A stretch of 64,000 bases of DNA from Nitrospinaceae bacterium (GTDB lineage: Bacteria; Nitrospinota; Nitrospinia; Nitrospinales; Nitrospinaceae): assembly GCA_965237905.1 (NCBI GenBank), contig OZ250172.1, positions 2,240,001 to 2,304,000 on the forward strand, in the 5' to 3' direction. Under the pieces are notes generated by a model. The model was not told the DNA's origin. It worked only from the letters and a program-made list of their open reading frames with translations, and searched no databases. Both the position numbers and the translations under genes were made by a program. Shown here piece by piece: positions 40,124 to 50,500 of this stretch. Every line of letters starts with the position of its first letter. Position 1 is the first letter of the stretch.

Positions 40124-41403
40124 TGAATCGTATTTCCACTATAAATAAATTCTTTGCGGGATGGATCTGGGTTGCTGTGCTCCTGATGTTTTTGTGTATG
40201 GGGACCGCCGGGGCGGCAGAGACTCCAACGGATATTGAGAAAGAGATCGATTCGTTACCCGCCTTGGAAATGGCGGAGCGGGCGTTGATCGATACCTTGT
40301 ACTATAATTTCGATCCATGGATGCATCGATTCAAACGCCGTATCAAGCAACTGGAGGCTGGTCCTCAAACCCTCGCCAACCAATTGGAACTCATGCGGTT
40401 TTATTTTTACATGGCCGGCCTGAACGGCGAGTTGACCCATGTCCTGTCCTTTACCAGCAAGTTCAAGATCGAAAAAGTCAAAAAGGATTTTCTGTATTAC
40501 AGCGGTAAGGCCAAAGCCCTGGCGGAAACCCTTCTGGAGAACCCGGAGCTTTCCAAGGAGGATTACGCCGATGCTTATTTTTTCCTGGGCGCGTCGGAAG
40601 GCTATATGGCTCTGTTGGAATATGGTGAAGGGAATCTATTTTCGGCCTTGATCGACGGCCTGAGCGCTGACAATCATCTTGAGGACGCTTTGAAATTGGA
40701 CCCCGGTCATGCCGACGCGCATGTAGGGCTGGGGATCTACCGGTACGGCAACACCCGTCTGGGCGGGCTGGGCAATTTTATCATGCAGGGCGGGAGCGAC
40801 CTGCGCCTGGTGGGTCTGCGTCATATTGAGACTGCGCTTGAGAAAGAAATTCTGTCGGAACCTTTGGCGCTCAAAACCCTGATTTGGTTTTATATTTCCG
40901 AACAGATCAACCCGGATAATGCTGATCTCCCCGACAACGATCCGCTCTCATCCTATATCGCCCGGTCGCGCGCGATGTATTTGCTGGACAAATACGAGCG
41001 TCTTTATTTTGTCGACGTCCCGGAAGGCTTTGTCGGCAACAAGGGTCTGGCTATGATGAAAGCCATTCAGTTCGTCCTGAATGACGACTATGGCAAGGCG
41101 CTCGAACAGTTTGAGAAGAATCTAAAAATATGCGATTACCTGATACGCGTTAGAAAGTTCAAACTCAACCCGCAATATGTGGATACCATAAAAGCTGCGG
41201 CTAAGTTTTGCCGATTGATGATTGCCGCCGGGGCGAATACGGGTGTACCCAATCCCAAGTCATGCGTGAAAGTCAACGAGCAGATTGATTTCATCGAAGA
41301 TGGGGGCAGTATGATCGAATACGAATCCTCCAAAATACGGGCAGAAATCCAGGACGTATTCCACCACCGCCTTAGAGACCTTTCCTCCCGCCTGGACTGT
41401 TGA
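40123..41403 (+). CDS. Exported helical/TPR-like hypothetical protein
   Basis: Signal peptide, DAYFFLG and DAHVGLGIY; coupled to the upstream TPR gene. Confidence 0.78.
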   Translation: MNRISTINKFFAGWIWVAVLLMFLCMGTAGAAETPTDIEKEIDSLPALEMAERALIDTLYYNFDPWMHRFKRRIKQLEAGPQTLANQLELMRFYFYMAGLNGELTHVLSFTSKFKIEKVKKDFLYYSGKAKALAETLLENPELSKEDYADAYFFLGASEGYMALLEYGEGNLFSALIDGLSADNHLEDALKLDPGHADAHVGLGIYRYGNTRLGGLGNFIMQGGSDLRLVGLRHIETALEKEILSEPLALKTLIWFYISEQINPDNADLPDNDPLSSYIARSRAMYLLDKYERLYFVDVPEGFVGNKGLAMMKAIQFVLNDDYGKALEQFEKNLKICDYLIRVRKFKLNPQYVDTIKAAAKFCRLMIAAGANTGVPNPKSCVKVNEQIDFIEDGGSMIEYESSKIRAEIQDVFHHRLRDLSSRLDC

Positions 41404-41515
41404 CATTTCAGCGGTTACCCGCCGTTGCGTTGGCCTTTTCAGGTTTCTTTGAATTGTAAGGACCCTTCCTCTAACACGACTAAACTCCAAGCGTGAACAA
41501 AGTTATTGGAGTCCT

Positions 41516-42451
41516 GTGAAAATTTGTTTTAAATCCGTGGGTATCAAGACGCTCGGTTTGATCCTGTTGTGGATCGGGTTGTCTGCTTGGGATTTTTCCA
41601 AGCACAGCATCCCGCTGGGTGAAATCCTGAGCGGGGGACCGGGTAAGGACGGCATCCCCGCCATCGACCGGCCCCAGTTTGTGCCGGCCTCCAAAGCCAG
41701 TCGGACTTTTCTGGAGGACGGAGACCGGATCATCGCGTTGGTGATGAACGGCAAGAAGAAAGCTTATCCTATCAAAATTCTCAACTGGCATGAAATCGTG
41801 AACGACAGCATTGGCGGCCGCCGTGTGGTGGTGACGTTTTGTCCCTTGTGCGGCACCGGCATGGTGTTCGACGCGAACGCGGTGGGCAGGCGATTGAATT
41901 TCGGCGTGTCCGGTTTGTTGTACCAAAGCGACGTGCTGTTGTACGACCGCCAGACTGAGAGCCTGTGGTCGCAAATCAAGCAGGAAGCGGTGACCGGCAA
42001 GCTGACCGGAACCCGTCTGCAATTACTGTCTTCGACCCAAACCACTTGGGGTGCGTGGAAAAAGCAGCATCCGGATACTTTCGTGCTGTCCACTCAGACC
42101 GGGTATTTTCGGGATTACGATCGTGATCCTTACGAAGATTACTACACCAGCCGGGATGTCATGTTTCCAGCCGGCAAATTGAACCTTCGCTACCACCCCA
42201 AGGAACAAATCATTGGCGTAGAGTTGGATGGGTTGGCCAAAGCATATCCATTCACCGAACTGGCGCGGGTGAAATCGCCCTTCAAAGACAAGGTGGGAAA
42301 GAAAACCGTGTGGGTCGTGTACGACTCCAAGTCACGGACGGCGACGATCAAGGATGTTTCGGGAAAAGAACTGCCTTCCGTGGTCGGGTTCTGGTTCGCC
42401 TGGTATGCGTTCCACAAGGACACGCAGGTCTATACCGCACAAAAGAATTGA
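41516..42451 (+). CDS. DUF3179-like protein
   Basis: GGPGKDGIPAID, HEIVND, TFCPLCG, SGLLY, YDRQTESLWSQ, FWFAW. Confidence 0.88.
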   Translation: MKICFKSVGIKTLGLILLWIGLSAWDFSKHSIPLGEILSGGPGKDGIPAIDRPQFVPASKASRTFLEDGDRIIALVMNGKKKAYPIKILNWHEIVNDSIGGRRVVVTFCPLCGTGMVFDANAVGRRLNFGVSGLLYQSDVLLYDRQTESLWSQIKQEAVTGKLTGTRLQLLSSTQTTWGAWKKQHPDTFVLSTQTGYFRDYDRDPYEDYYTSRDVMFPAGKLNLRYHPKEQIIGVELDGLAKAYPFTELARVKSPFKDKVGKKTVWVVYDSKSRTATIKDVSGKELPSVVGFWFAWYAFHKDTQVYTAQKN

Positions 42452-42604
42452 GCGGGAGCGCTATACTGTTAATCGAAACATTCCGGCCAGCGTAATGCTG
42501 AACCCAAAATATTCCTTCGCCAGTCAAGGTTTTAAAGTTACCAGCGGAGGTACTCCGCGTGCGTTTAAGATTTTCCCCAATCACATCGAAATCGGTTTCT
42601 GAAA

Positions 42605-43546
42605 TTATTCCGCCTGGGGTTGGGGGGAGGGATGGAGGTTGGATTTGAAGGTGGCGAAGATGTCCTGGATCGGGGGGATGAGTTTGGCCTGTAATTCCTC
42701 CGGTACCCAGTTGATTTTTTCGACCGGCCAGTCCTGAACTTGTGCCACGTCCAATCCGTACTTGGAGTAATGGTCCGCCAGGGTTTGTTCGTAACCGTAC
42801 ACCAGCGCGTTCTCCAGAATTTTGTGGTACAGGTCGCGTATCTGCAGAGGATCGAACAAGCCTTCGAGAAACGTCTGGGTCATTTCCGCGATGAGGGGTT
42901 CGGCGTGTTCCAGAAACTCCCGCGAGTGTGCTTTCTCCAGCGTGCGGTAGGTAATGATCACATCCTGTAACAGGTATTTGATCGTTTTGGGATCGGTCAG
43001 TACCGGGCCCCGCTCGATGTCCAGACTGTTTTTGAGTTCCTTCACCAGCCGCACTGAATCGTAAAGGATGGACTGCTCCCACCCGGCCTGGTTCCAGACG
43101 ATGATCGGCCTCAGCCAGTTGATCTTGCGGTTGGCGTCTTCCAAGTGCATGGTGATGGTAGGGCGGGTTTTGTTGCTGTGCGGCAGGCGGCCGCCCCACA
43201 TTTTGAGATCGAGTGCCAGCCCGTAGGGCAGGAACACTTCCGCGAGCGTCTTGAAGTAGATGCTCACCAGTTTTTCCATGTTTTCATGTTTGTCGAGCGG
43301 GCTGTTCTGCGGCAGGTTGACGATGCAGTAGAACCGCCATATTCGCCGGAGCGATTTGCCGAAGGGGTCGGCGATCAGGTACGTGCCGCCCCAGATGCCG
43401 GAGGTGATGGGCACGACGATGTTGTGTATCTGGCGCATTCGAGAAGCGACGCAAACAGCGACCTTACCGTACAACTCGTTCAGGTAGTAGAGGTTGATGC
43501 AGTCGTCTTCAGTAAATACCGGTCCAGAGGCTTTGGGCGCTTCCAT
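42605..43546 (-). CDS. Hypothetical protein
   Basis: 313-aa ORF with host-like codon use; no recognised motif. Confidence 0.75.
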   Translation of the reverse strand: MEAPKASGPVFTEDDCINLYYLNELYGKVAVCVASRMRQIHNIVVPITSGIWGGTYLIADPFGKSLRRIWRFYCIVNLPQNSPLDKHENMEKLVSIYFKTLAEVFLPYGLALDLKMWGGRLPHSNKTRPTITMHLEDANRKINWLRPIIVWNQAGWEQSILYDSVRLVKELKNSLDIERGPVLTDPKTIKYLLQDVIITYRTLEKAHSREFLEHAEPLIAEMTQTFLEGLFDPLQIRDLYHKILENALVYGYEQTLADHYSKYGLDVAQVQDWPVEKINWVPEELQAKLIPPIQDIFATFKSNLHPSPQPQAE

Positions 43547-43722
43547 GGGAAAATCGTCTCGTCATCCAGCGGTTCGTGTTGGTGTCGCGAGTACAAGGCC
43601 CTTTTCTTATCATATTCAGGTCAAAAAATCTTGGATTTATTTCGTTCTAAAGGATGAAGCAGGACGGGTTTTCAGGATAATTTTTCTAGCGAGAGGGCGG
43701 GGAGCGGTGATTTTGAGCGGGG

Positions 43723-43995
43723 TTAGAGCCCCTCTTCCACGGATGCGTTGGTTTCGCTGATGACGATGATATGGTTTTTGTTCACCGCCATAAAGGGAAC
43801 CTGATAAAGGAGTTTGCCGGATTCCTCGTCATAGACAGCCGCGTTGGACACCGCGACAAATTTGTCAACATCACTGTTCATTAAATCCAGGAGGCGCATG
43901 TTGGGCAAGCAATGGACGGCGCCTTCGATTTTTTCTCCAGCGGTCCGGATAATGGTTTTAATCTTAACCTTTTTGACCATGCTTTTATAAGCCAT
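43723..43995 (-). CDS. Small hypothetical protein (DUF6812-like)
   Basis: GGAGG RBS; IEG.VH....RLLD.MN....FVAV....VNKNHI. Confidence 0.75.
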   Translation of the reverse strand: MAYKSMVKKVKIKTIIRTAGEKIEGAVHCLPNMRLLDLMNSDVDKFVAVSNAAVYDEESGKLLYQVPFMAVNKNHIIVISETNASVEEGL

Positions 43996-44143
43996 GCGAT
44001 CAAGCCTCCATGAATTATCATATTCTGCATAAGATACTGTAAACCTTATAATTAAAAGTGTAACGCCCTCCCTCTCCAAAATCCAGTAAAACCTTTGATT
44101 TTTGGAAACTTGGAACATGCGAAAGAAATTGAAGAAGGGGAGG

Positions 44144-45190
44144 TTAACCGTGCAGAGCGTTGAACTGAATGCGGTGAATTCCGGACGTTCCGGAGGGAAA
44201 CGGGTCGCGCTGGCCATCGCGCTGGATCCCGCTGTATTGATCGGCGGCGCGGACGGCAACGGAATAGCGGCCACGTCGGGGCAATGCCATGGGAAAGGAC
44301 CAGAATACCCAACTGTACGGGGACAACGGTTTTTCCAGTTTGGCGAGGGACCAGCTCCGTTCGCCGTCGGTGCTTACCTGGACATATTGAATGCCCCGGT
44401 CCCCGGCGAAGGCAATCCCTCGCAGGATGGTTTTCGAGCCCCGCACCCGGGACCCGTTTTTGGGGAAGTCGATGCGTGAGATGATTTTCACTTTACCGTC
44501 GCGGGACCAGTTTCTTTTCTCCCAGTAGCCGGTATGGGTTTCATTGGACACTTCTATTTCACGGATCCATTTGACCTGCTTGATGCCGTACAGGCCGGGG
44601 ACCAGCAACCTCAGGGGGAAACCGTGTTCGCGCGGCAGGGGTTCGCCGTTCATGGTATGGGCCAGCAAAGCAGAACGGTGACGGCCCCGGCTCAGAGGGA
44701 TGCTGTCGTGGTAGCCGTCGGCCCCTTTAAAGATGAGCGTCTTGGTAAAAAAGTCCGGGTCGGCCTCGTCCAGTAACTCTCTCAGGGAAACCCCTTCCCA
44801 TTCGGCATTACCCAGGGCGTAACCGCCGACCGGGTTGCCGATACAGCTCAAGGTAATAATTCGCCGGACAGTGGGCCGTTTCCGGATTTGATCGAGGGAC
44901 AGGGTCAGAGGTTGGTCGACTTTCCCGGTAATTTTCAGACGCCAGGTTTCGGTATTCAGGGGTTTCGGAGGGCCGTGGATGTCTTCAACATAAAATTCAG
45001 AATTGGGAGTGATGGGCGTCACAGCACCTGCCGGCACGGTTGTCTTGAGTTGCATATCCGCGACAGGAGTAATCGAATAGGACTCCAGGGATTCTCCAAA
45101 AGAAAAACGGGCCGCCAGGGCCCGTAAAGGATAAAACACCAGGGATAAAACGCTAAACAACAGGCAACGCAGAAACTGGTAACGCGTCAT
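44144..45190 (-). CDS. Sulfite-oxidase-family molybdopterin oxidoreductase
   Basis: TLSCIGN, NAEWEGV, HGFPLRLLVPGLYGIKQVKW, C-terminal dimerisation domain (GIAFAG..V.VSTDG). Confidence 0.9.
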   Translation of the reverse strand: MTRYQFLRCLLFSVLSLVFYPLRALAARFSFGESLESYSITPVADMQLKTTVPAGAVTPITPNSEFYVEDIHGPPKPLNTETWRLKITGKVDQPLTLSLDQIRKRPTVRRIITLSCIGNPVGGYALGNAEWEGVSLRELLDEADPDFFTKTLIFKGADGYHDSIPLSRGRHRSALLAHTMNGEPLPREHGFPLRLLVPGLYGIKQVKWIREIEVSNETHTGYWEKRNWSRDGKVKIISRIDFPKNGSRVRGSKTILRGIAFAGDRGIQYVQVSTDGERSWSLAKLEKPLSPYSWVFWSFPMALPRRGRYSVAVRAADQYSGIQRDGQRDPFPSGTSGIHRIQFNALHG

Positions 45191-45211
45191 TGCTGTTCAC
45201 CCAAGACCGGG

Positions 45212-46201
45212 TTAGTCGCAACAGGAATCATCGTTCGAGGGTGTTTCATCGGGATCGATGATATTGAACATCTCCCGATAGGGATGAGATTCGAGCAAGC
45301 TTGCGAAATCCTCATCCACTTCCACGGGAACGCCCATGGGAAACTGGATGTTCTGAAAAGTGGCCGCATGCAAGGGGCCGGCATAAATCGCCTGCACCTT
45401 TCCGGGACAACAGGATTGTTCAACGGGTACGGGTTTGTAGGCGGTCAGGATATAGGAATAGAACCGGATGCCCTCGACGGTTTTCCACAAGTAATCCTTT
45501 TTCAGGGTGAAGCCGTGGAAATCGGTCTGTTTCGAATAGTTAATGAACTCATCGAGAGTCAGCGCGCCGGAGACGCATTCGCCCCACAATTCGCGGTTGT
45601 TGCGCATTTCCTGCGGAACCGGTTTGTCCGAAATGATATCGGCGATGACGAATCGGCCGCCGGGTTTCAGGATTCGGTGAATTTCGCGGAAGACTTCTTC
45701 CTTGTCGGTGGACAGATTGATAACGCAGTTGGAAGTGACCACATCCACGGACTGATCGTCCATGGGAATGGCTTCCAGAAAACCGTGTTTGAATTCGATA
45801 TTGTTGTACCCCAGGTTTTTGGAAACCTGTTCGGCGTTTTTGCGGGCATTGGCGAGCATATTCTCCGTCATATCCACGCCGGTGACCTTGCCCTTCGGTC
45901 CCACAATTTTTGCGGCGATGAAACAGTCGATGCCGCCGCCGGAGCCGAGGTCTATCATGGATTCGCCGGGAGCGATGTTGGCCCGGTTCACGGGACTGCC
46001 GCATCCGTAGGAAATGTCCATCACCTCGGAAGGAATATGCGAAAGGTCACCGGGATCGTAATTGACCGGGCAACACAAACTTTCCTGGGTAGCGACCGCC
46101 GCCTTGGAATAATAATCGCGGACGTCGTTGCGGGTGACTTCAGAACACGTTTCGGTTTCAGTACCGGCTCTCCTGTCATTCATCTGAACATTCCTTTCCA
46201 A
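45212..46201 (-). CDS. arsM: Arsenite methyltransferase-like protein
   Basis: LCCP, SYGCGSP, DLGSGGGIDC, SNCVINL, WGECVSGAL (conserved ArsM cysteines). Confidence 0.8.
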   Translation of the reverse strand: MERNVQMNDRRAGTETETCSEVTRNDVRDYYSKAAVATQESLCCPVNYDPGDLSHIPSEVMDISYGCGSPVNRANIAPGESMIDLGSGGGIDCFIAAKIVGPKGKVTGVDMTENMLANARKNAEQVSKNLGYNNIEFKHGFLEAIPMDDQSVDVVTSNCVINLSTDKEEVFREIHRILKPGGRFVIADIISDKPVPQEMRNNRELWGECVSGALTLDEFINYSKQTDFHGFTLKKDYLWKTVEGIRFYSYILTAYKPVPVEQSCCPGKVQAIYAGPLHAATFQNIQFPMGVPVEVDEDFASLLESHPYREMFNIIDPDETPSNDDSCCD

Positions 46202-46214
46202 TTATATAAATTCA

Positions 46215-46520
46215 TCAACTTGATTGTTTAAGGGAATCTTTGATTTTGGTTTTAGCTTGCTCGCTGAGGACCTCCTGCTGTTGCGTCGGTGCTTCCTCCC
46301 TTCCCAGTTTCCGGGCGAGTGCGCGGATGGTTTCCAGTTGTTTTTTATAAAAGCAACAAACGTCGCAAATGGCAAGATGAAATTTGAGCCGCAGGCGTTT
46401 GCCTAAAGGTAGGGAGCGATCCATCGTCTCCGAAATGAGGGGCGTGGTGTCCCTACACGTCATTTGGAACCATTGGAGCAGCCGCCCCATGAATTTTACC
46501 ATTATAGAGTTTGATTTCAT
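46215..46520 (-). CDS. zf-HC2 anti-sigma factor
   Basis: MTC....LIS....HLAICDVC; start overlaps the sigma stop (TAATG). Confidence 0.88.
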   Translation of the reverse strand: MKSNSIMVKFMGRLLQWFQMTCRDTTPLISETMDRSLPLGKRLRLKFHLAICDVCCFYKKQLETIRALARKLGREEAPTQQQEVLSEQAKTKIKDSLKQSS

Positions 46521-47095
46521 TACTGCTTCGTATCCCAATGACTCGTTTCCAGGCATTTACGGAGTTGGTTCCGGGCCCGGTGTAAAATCACCCACAAATT
46601 GGTCGGGTTGATATCCATTTCCTTACAAATTTCCTCGGAGGCCAACCCTTCTATCTCCTTTAAAACAAATATGTTACGGAATTTATCTGACAATTTGTCC
46701 AGGCATTGAGCCATGGCTTCCACAAGTTGCTTGTTTTCAGCCGCTTTGTGGGGATCAGTATCCCAGTTTTTGGGAGCGTTTTCCCAATGTCCGTCTTGGT
46801 GGTAAGCGTTTTCCAAGGGATCGGATCCGTCGTCCGGTGTCAGCTCAAACGTTCTCCGGGTTTTCAATTCCCTGAAATGGTCCAGGATTTTATGTTTCAA
46901 AATGCCGAACAACCAGCTTTTTTCCGTAGATCTTCCCTGGAAAGAGCCTTTGGCCTGCAGAGCAGCGAGCAGGGTCACTTGTACGATCTCCTCGGCGGCA
47001 TCAGGATTTTTCACCCGGACCAGAGTGTATCGATACAGCATATCACCGTATCGGTCCACCCACAAATCGCTATTCAGAGTTTCCGGCATTTTCAC
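46520..47095 (-). CDS. ECF RNA polymerase sigma-70 factor
   Basis: AEEIVQVTL, SWLFGILKHKILD, region 4 EICKEMDINPTNLWVILHRAR. Confidence 0.93.
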   Translation of the reverse strand: MKMPETLNSDLWVDRYGDMLYRYTLVRVKNPDAAEEIVQVTLLAALQAKGSFQGRSTEKSWLFGILKHKILDHFRELKTRRTFELTPDDGSDPLENAYHQDGHWENAPKNWDTDPHKAAENKQLVEAMAQCLDKLSDKFRNIFVLKEIEGLASEEICKEMDINPTNLWVILHRARNQLRKCLETSHWDTKQ

Positions 47096-47122
47096 GATAA
47101 TCCCACTCTAAGATTGCTGTTG

Positions 47123-47152
47123 TTGACTTCCACCTCTCGAAGCTCATATACT
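47123..47152 (+). promoter_or_regulatory. Putative leaderless promoter of the ArsR gene
   Basis: TTGACT-18-TATACT, 7 nt before ATG 47160; no SD. Confidence 0.5.
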
Positions 47153-47159
47153 GGCTTCC

Positions 47160-47558
47160 ATGAACCAGACACCCGATGCAGGGCAATGCGCCAAAATACT
47201 AAAATCACTGGCCGATGAGTCGCGCTTGAAAATCGTCCGCCTTTTGCTGAACGGAGAAAAAAGCGTTTCCGAAGTGGTCCGCTCCCTCCGCATGGCTCAG
47301 CCACAGGTCTCGCATCACCTTTCGATTTTGAGGGGTTCCGGGTTGGTGGATACCCGAAGAGAGGGTAAAAAAATCATCAACTTCATTGATCCGGAAGTTA
47401 AATATATTCTAAAAAAGAAAGAAATCGGTCTGGATCTGGGATGTTGTTCCATCCAATTTGACGAAACTCCGAACCCCCCCCACTTCCTGAAGTTGTCAAG
47501 CACCACCCCTCCTCAAGATATAGCTTCGGCATTATACCTATTTCGACGATCCAATTAA
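47160..47558 (+). CDS. ArsR/SmtB-family regulator
   Basis: LKSLADESRLKI, QPQVSHHLSILR..GLV..RREG; C-terminal GCC. Confidence 0.92.
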   Translation: MNQTPDAGQCAKILKSLADESRLKIVRLLLNGEKSVSEVVRSLRMAQPQVSHHLSILRGSGLVDTRREGKKIINFIDPEVKYILKKKEIGLDLGCCSIQFDETPNPPHFLKLSSTTPPQDIASALYLFRRSN

Positions 47559-50500
47559 AAGGACTTATTTGAAGGGGTTTGTGCCAAGTGGGAGGGGTAC
47601 AGATTTTTATAAATTCCGTGGTTTCGAAACACGTGTTTGACGTAGCCCCGGGTTTCGGGATAGGGGATGGATTCGACAAAGACGTCCATATCCTTGATAC
47701 TGCGGAATCGTTTGAGCCAGGCCTGCAACACTTTTGGCCCGGCGTTGTAGGTGATCAGAATGTAAACGCCATTGCCTTTGTGTTTTCGGGTGAGATTGCT
47801 CAGATACCGGACGCCCAGGCGGATGTTGATATCCGGCTCGAACAGGAAATCCGTGTCAAAGGTTTGGTTCGGATGGGTCCATGCGAACAGGCGTTTGCCA
47901 GTCTTGGGCATGATCTGCATCAGACCCCGCGCTCCGGCGGGTGACAGGGACCTCGTGTTGTACATGCTTTCCTGTCGAATCAGGCTTTTCACCAACCAGG
48001 GGTCCAGATCGTACTTCCCAGCTTCAATTTTTACATACTCCGAGTAGACCGAAGGATAAAAGTTGATCCAAAATTGCCGGGGCAGTTCCTTCTCGCCATG
48101 TTTGGTTTTGAAATCCTTGAACAATTGAAGGACTTGCAGTGAGTCGGCATAGGCTTGCGCGCGATTGTACCAATGAGATAACCACATGACACCGGAAAGA
48201 TTTTTTCGAATGGATCTCCCCAATCTCAACAACTCGATCCGGGCCTGGGTGAATTCTCTCAGCTCGATCAGCTCGGATGCGCGTTTGAAATGAAATCTTT
48301 CTCTTGCAGACAAGCGACGCCCCGGTTGAGTAAAGGAGTGTTTCTTCTTATAGGAGGCTTTTCGGAAAGGCGAGAAGCCTTGCAAGGGTGTGGGGAATAC
48401 CTCATCCAAATGATTGATGGCCTCCAAGCCGTAATAGGTGTAGGGAAATCGATGGGCCAAATCCTTAAACAGGATCTGAGCTGCCGATGTTTTGTCCAGT
48501 TTTTCGGCCGCCTTGGCCATCCAGAATAAGTTTTTATCCGTGAGGTTGCCTTTAGGAGATTGGTCGAGGTTGTCTTTGAATTGATCGAAAGCTTTCTGCC
48601 ACTGTCCGGCTTTAAAATGAATCCACCCGCTTCTCCATGCCGCCATTTCCCCCTGCATTTCACGACCGAATTTCCGCGCCAGGATTCGGTACGTTCCGAG
48701 AGCTTTTGCGTGCTTTTGGATATCCTCATAAATGCGCCCCTGATAAAACAGGGGCTGTGGAACCCATCTGGAATTCGGGGATGTTTTTATAAGGGTGTTG
48801 ATGTGGCTCAAGGCTCCGGAGGGATTGCCCAGATTCCACAGGTTCCCCGCTATGAGAAAATGCGCTTCGCTGGTTCGGCGGTGTTTGGGATACTTTCTTA
48901 AAAACTGCCGCAGAACAATATTGGCTTTGGACCGTTTGCGAAGGCCTTTGTGAGCTTCCGCCAAATAAAAGTAAAGGTCAGCGGGGAGAGGTTTGCCCCT
49001 CAATTTTTTTTGGATCGCCTTGATCTCCTGGATCACCGGGGTGTAGTCGACACTATTCAACAACGCGCGCATGCGTCGTCGGGTTTCTCTTAGAGTAAGA
49101 GGGCGGGGAGTCAGGGAAAGTTCTTTGACCATTCGATCCATTTGAACTTTGGCCTGAAAGCGTGCCGCAACTTTGGGGTGACGAATATAAAGCTTACGGT
49201 ACAGATTGTATACTTGGTCATGATCCCTCAAAAGTTTGGACAGCTTGACTTGGTGGTTGATGATATCAGGAACCAGCACTTTCCATTTCCGGGTGGAGAA
49301 CTTCCGGGAGATCAGTTTTTCCGTCTGTCTCAATTCTTTAATAGCCTCTTGAAAATTTCCCAGTTTCTCATGCGCATCGGCGCGAAGCAGGCGGACCTCA
49401 GGAATCAAGAGGGTGAGCGGGTGCTTTTTTAAAAGACGGGTAGTTTGTTTCAACACCGCTTGCCATTCTTCTTCGGCCTGGTAGATGCGGGCCAGCTCAA
49501 GCCGGATGTAATCCCCCATTTCGGGATATTCCCAGAGAACATTTTTCAGTTGGGTTTTTGCCTGGTCATAATTCTCTTGATGGGCGTAAATTTTCCCGAG
49601 CATAAAGCGCGTGCGTTTTTGTGTTTTCGGGTCCACCCCGGTGAGAAGGAGTTTTTCAAACAGGCCCTGGGCCTCATCCCACCGGCCGGAATGATATTCG
49701 TGAACTCCGGATTGAAACCATCCTTCGTTGGAGGCAGAAGCAGGCGCGGGACCCCACAGGAAAAGCCAGCCGCACAACAGGAGTGTCGCTCCGAGCGGTA
49801 CCTGTGCCAGAACTTTTTCCTTGATCTGTTGCGCTGTTTCGCCGGGATCGAGGAGCAGAGTGATCCGGGCGGCCATTTTTCTGAACCAAGTCAATTGACG
49901 TTTGGCGAAATGGCGGGTGTCCCGTTTGATCTCATAGACCGCACGGTCCAGCGGCAGGTCGCTTTCCAGATGTCGCGCCATTTGGGAATAGCCGATGCTT
50001 TGAAACGGTTTCAATCGAGAGCCGTAACCCTTGTTCAATAAGGATTCGACTTCCTCTTTCAATCCTGCGTCCATCATGATATCCACCCGGCGCTCGATTT
50101 GGTCGTAGAGATGTTGACGATCGGTTTCCAGTACGAACAGGTACGATTCAAATTCGTAATCGGCTGAGGCCTCCTCGGCATGAAATTCGGAGAACTTCCG
50201 GCCCGTTTCACGGTGGACCGATAACGCGCGTTCGATTCGCGATGGATCGGTCGGCTGAATTTTCCCGGCATAGTCCGGATCGACACCTGCCAACTCTGCG
50301 TGCATCTTCTGCGTTCCTTTCTGCTGGATTTCATCCTGGACCTGGCGACGGATCTCTGGAGATACGGAAATGGCGCAATCTCGGTCTTCCAGCAGGGTTT
50401 TCAAATAGAGACCGGTGCCTCCGACCATGATCGGAATCTTGTTCCGGTTTCGGATCTCCCGGATTTGCGCCAATGCCCGTTCCTTAAACTCAAACGCTGT

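Noticed and set aside
43996..44274. Long N-terminus of the 183-aa ORF
   Set aside because: Overlaps the Mo-enzyme gene; a strong RBS supports a start at 43995.
41516..46201. Selenocysteine read-through in DUF3179 or ArsM
   Set aside because: The relevant Cys positions use ordinary Cys codons and the ORFs are full length.
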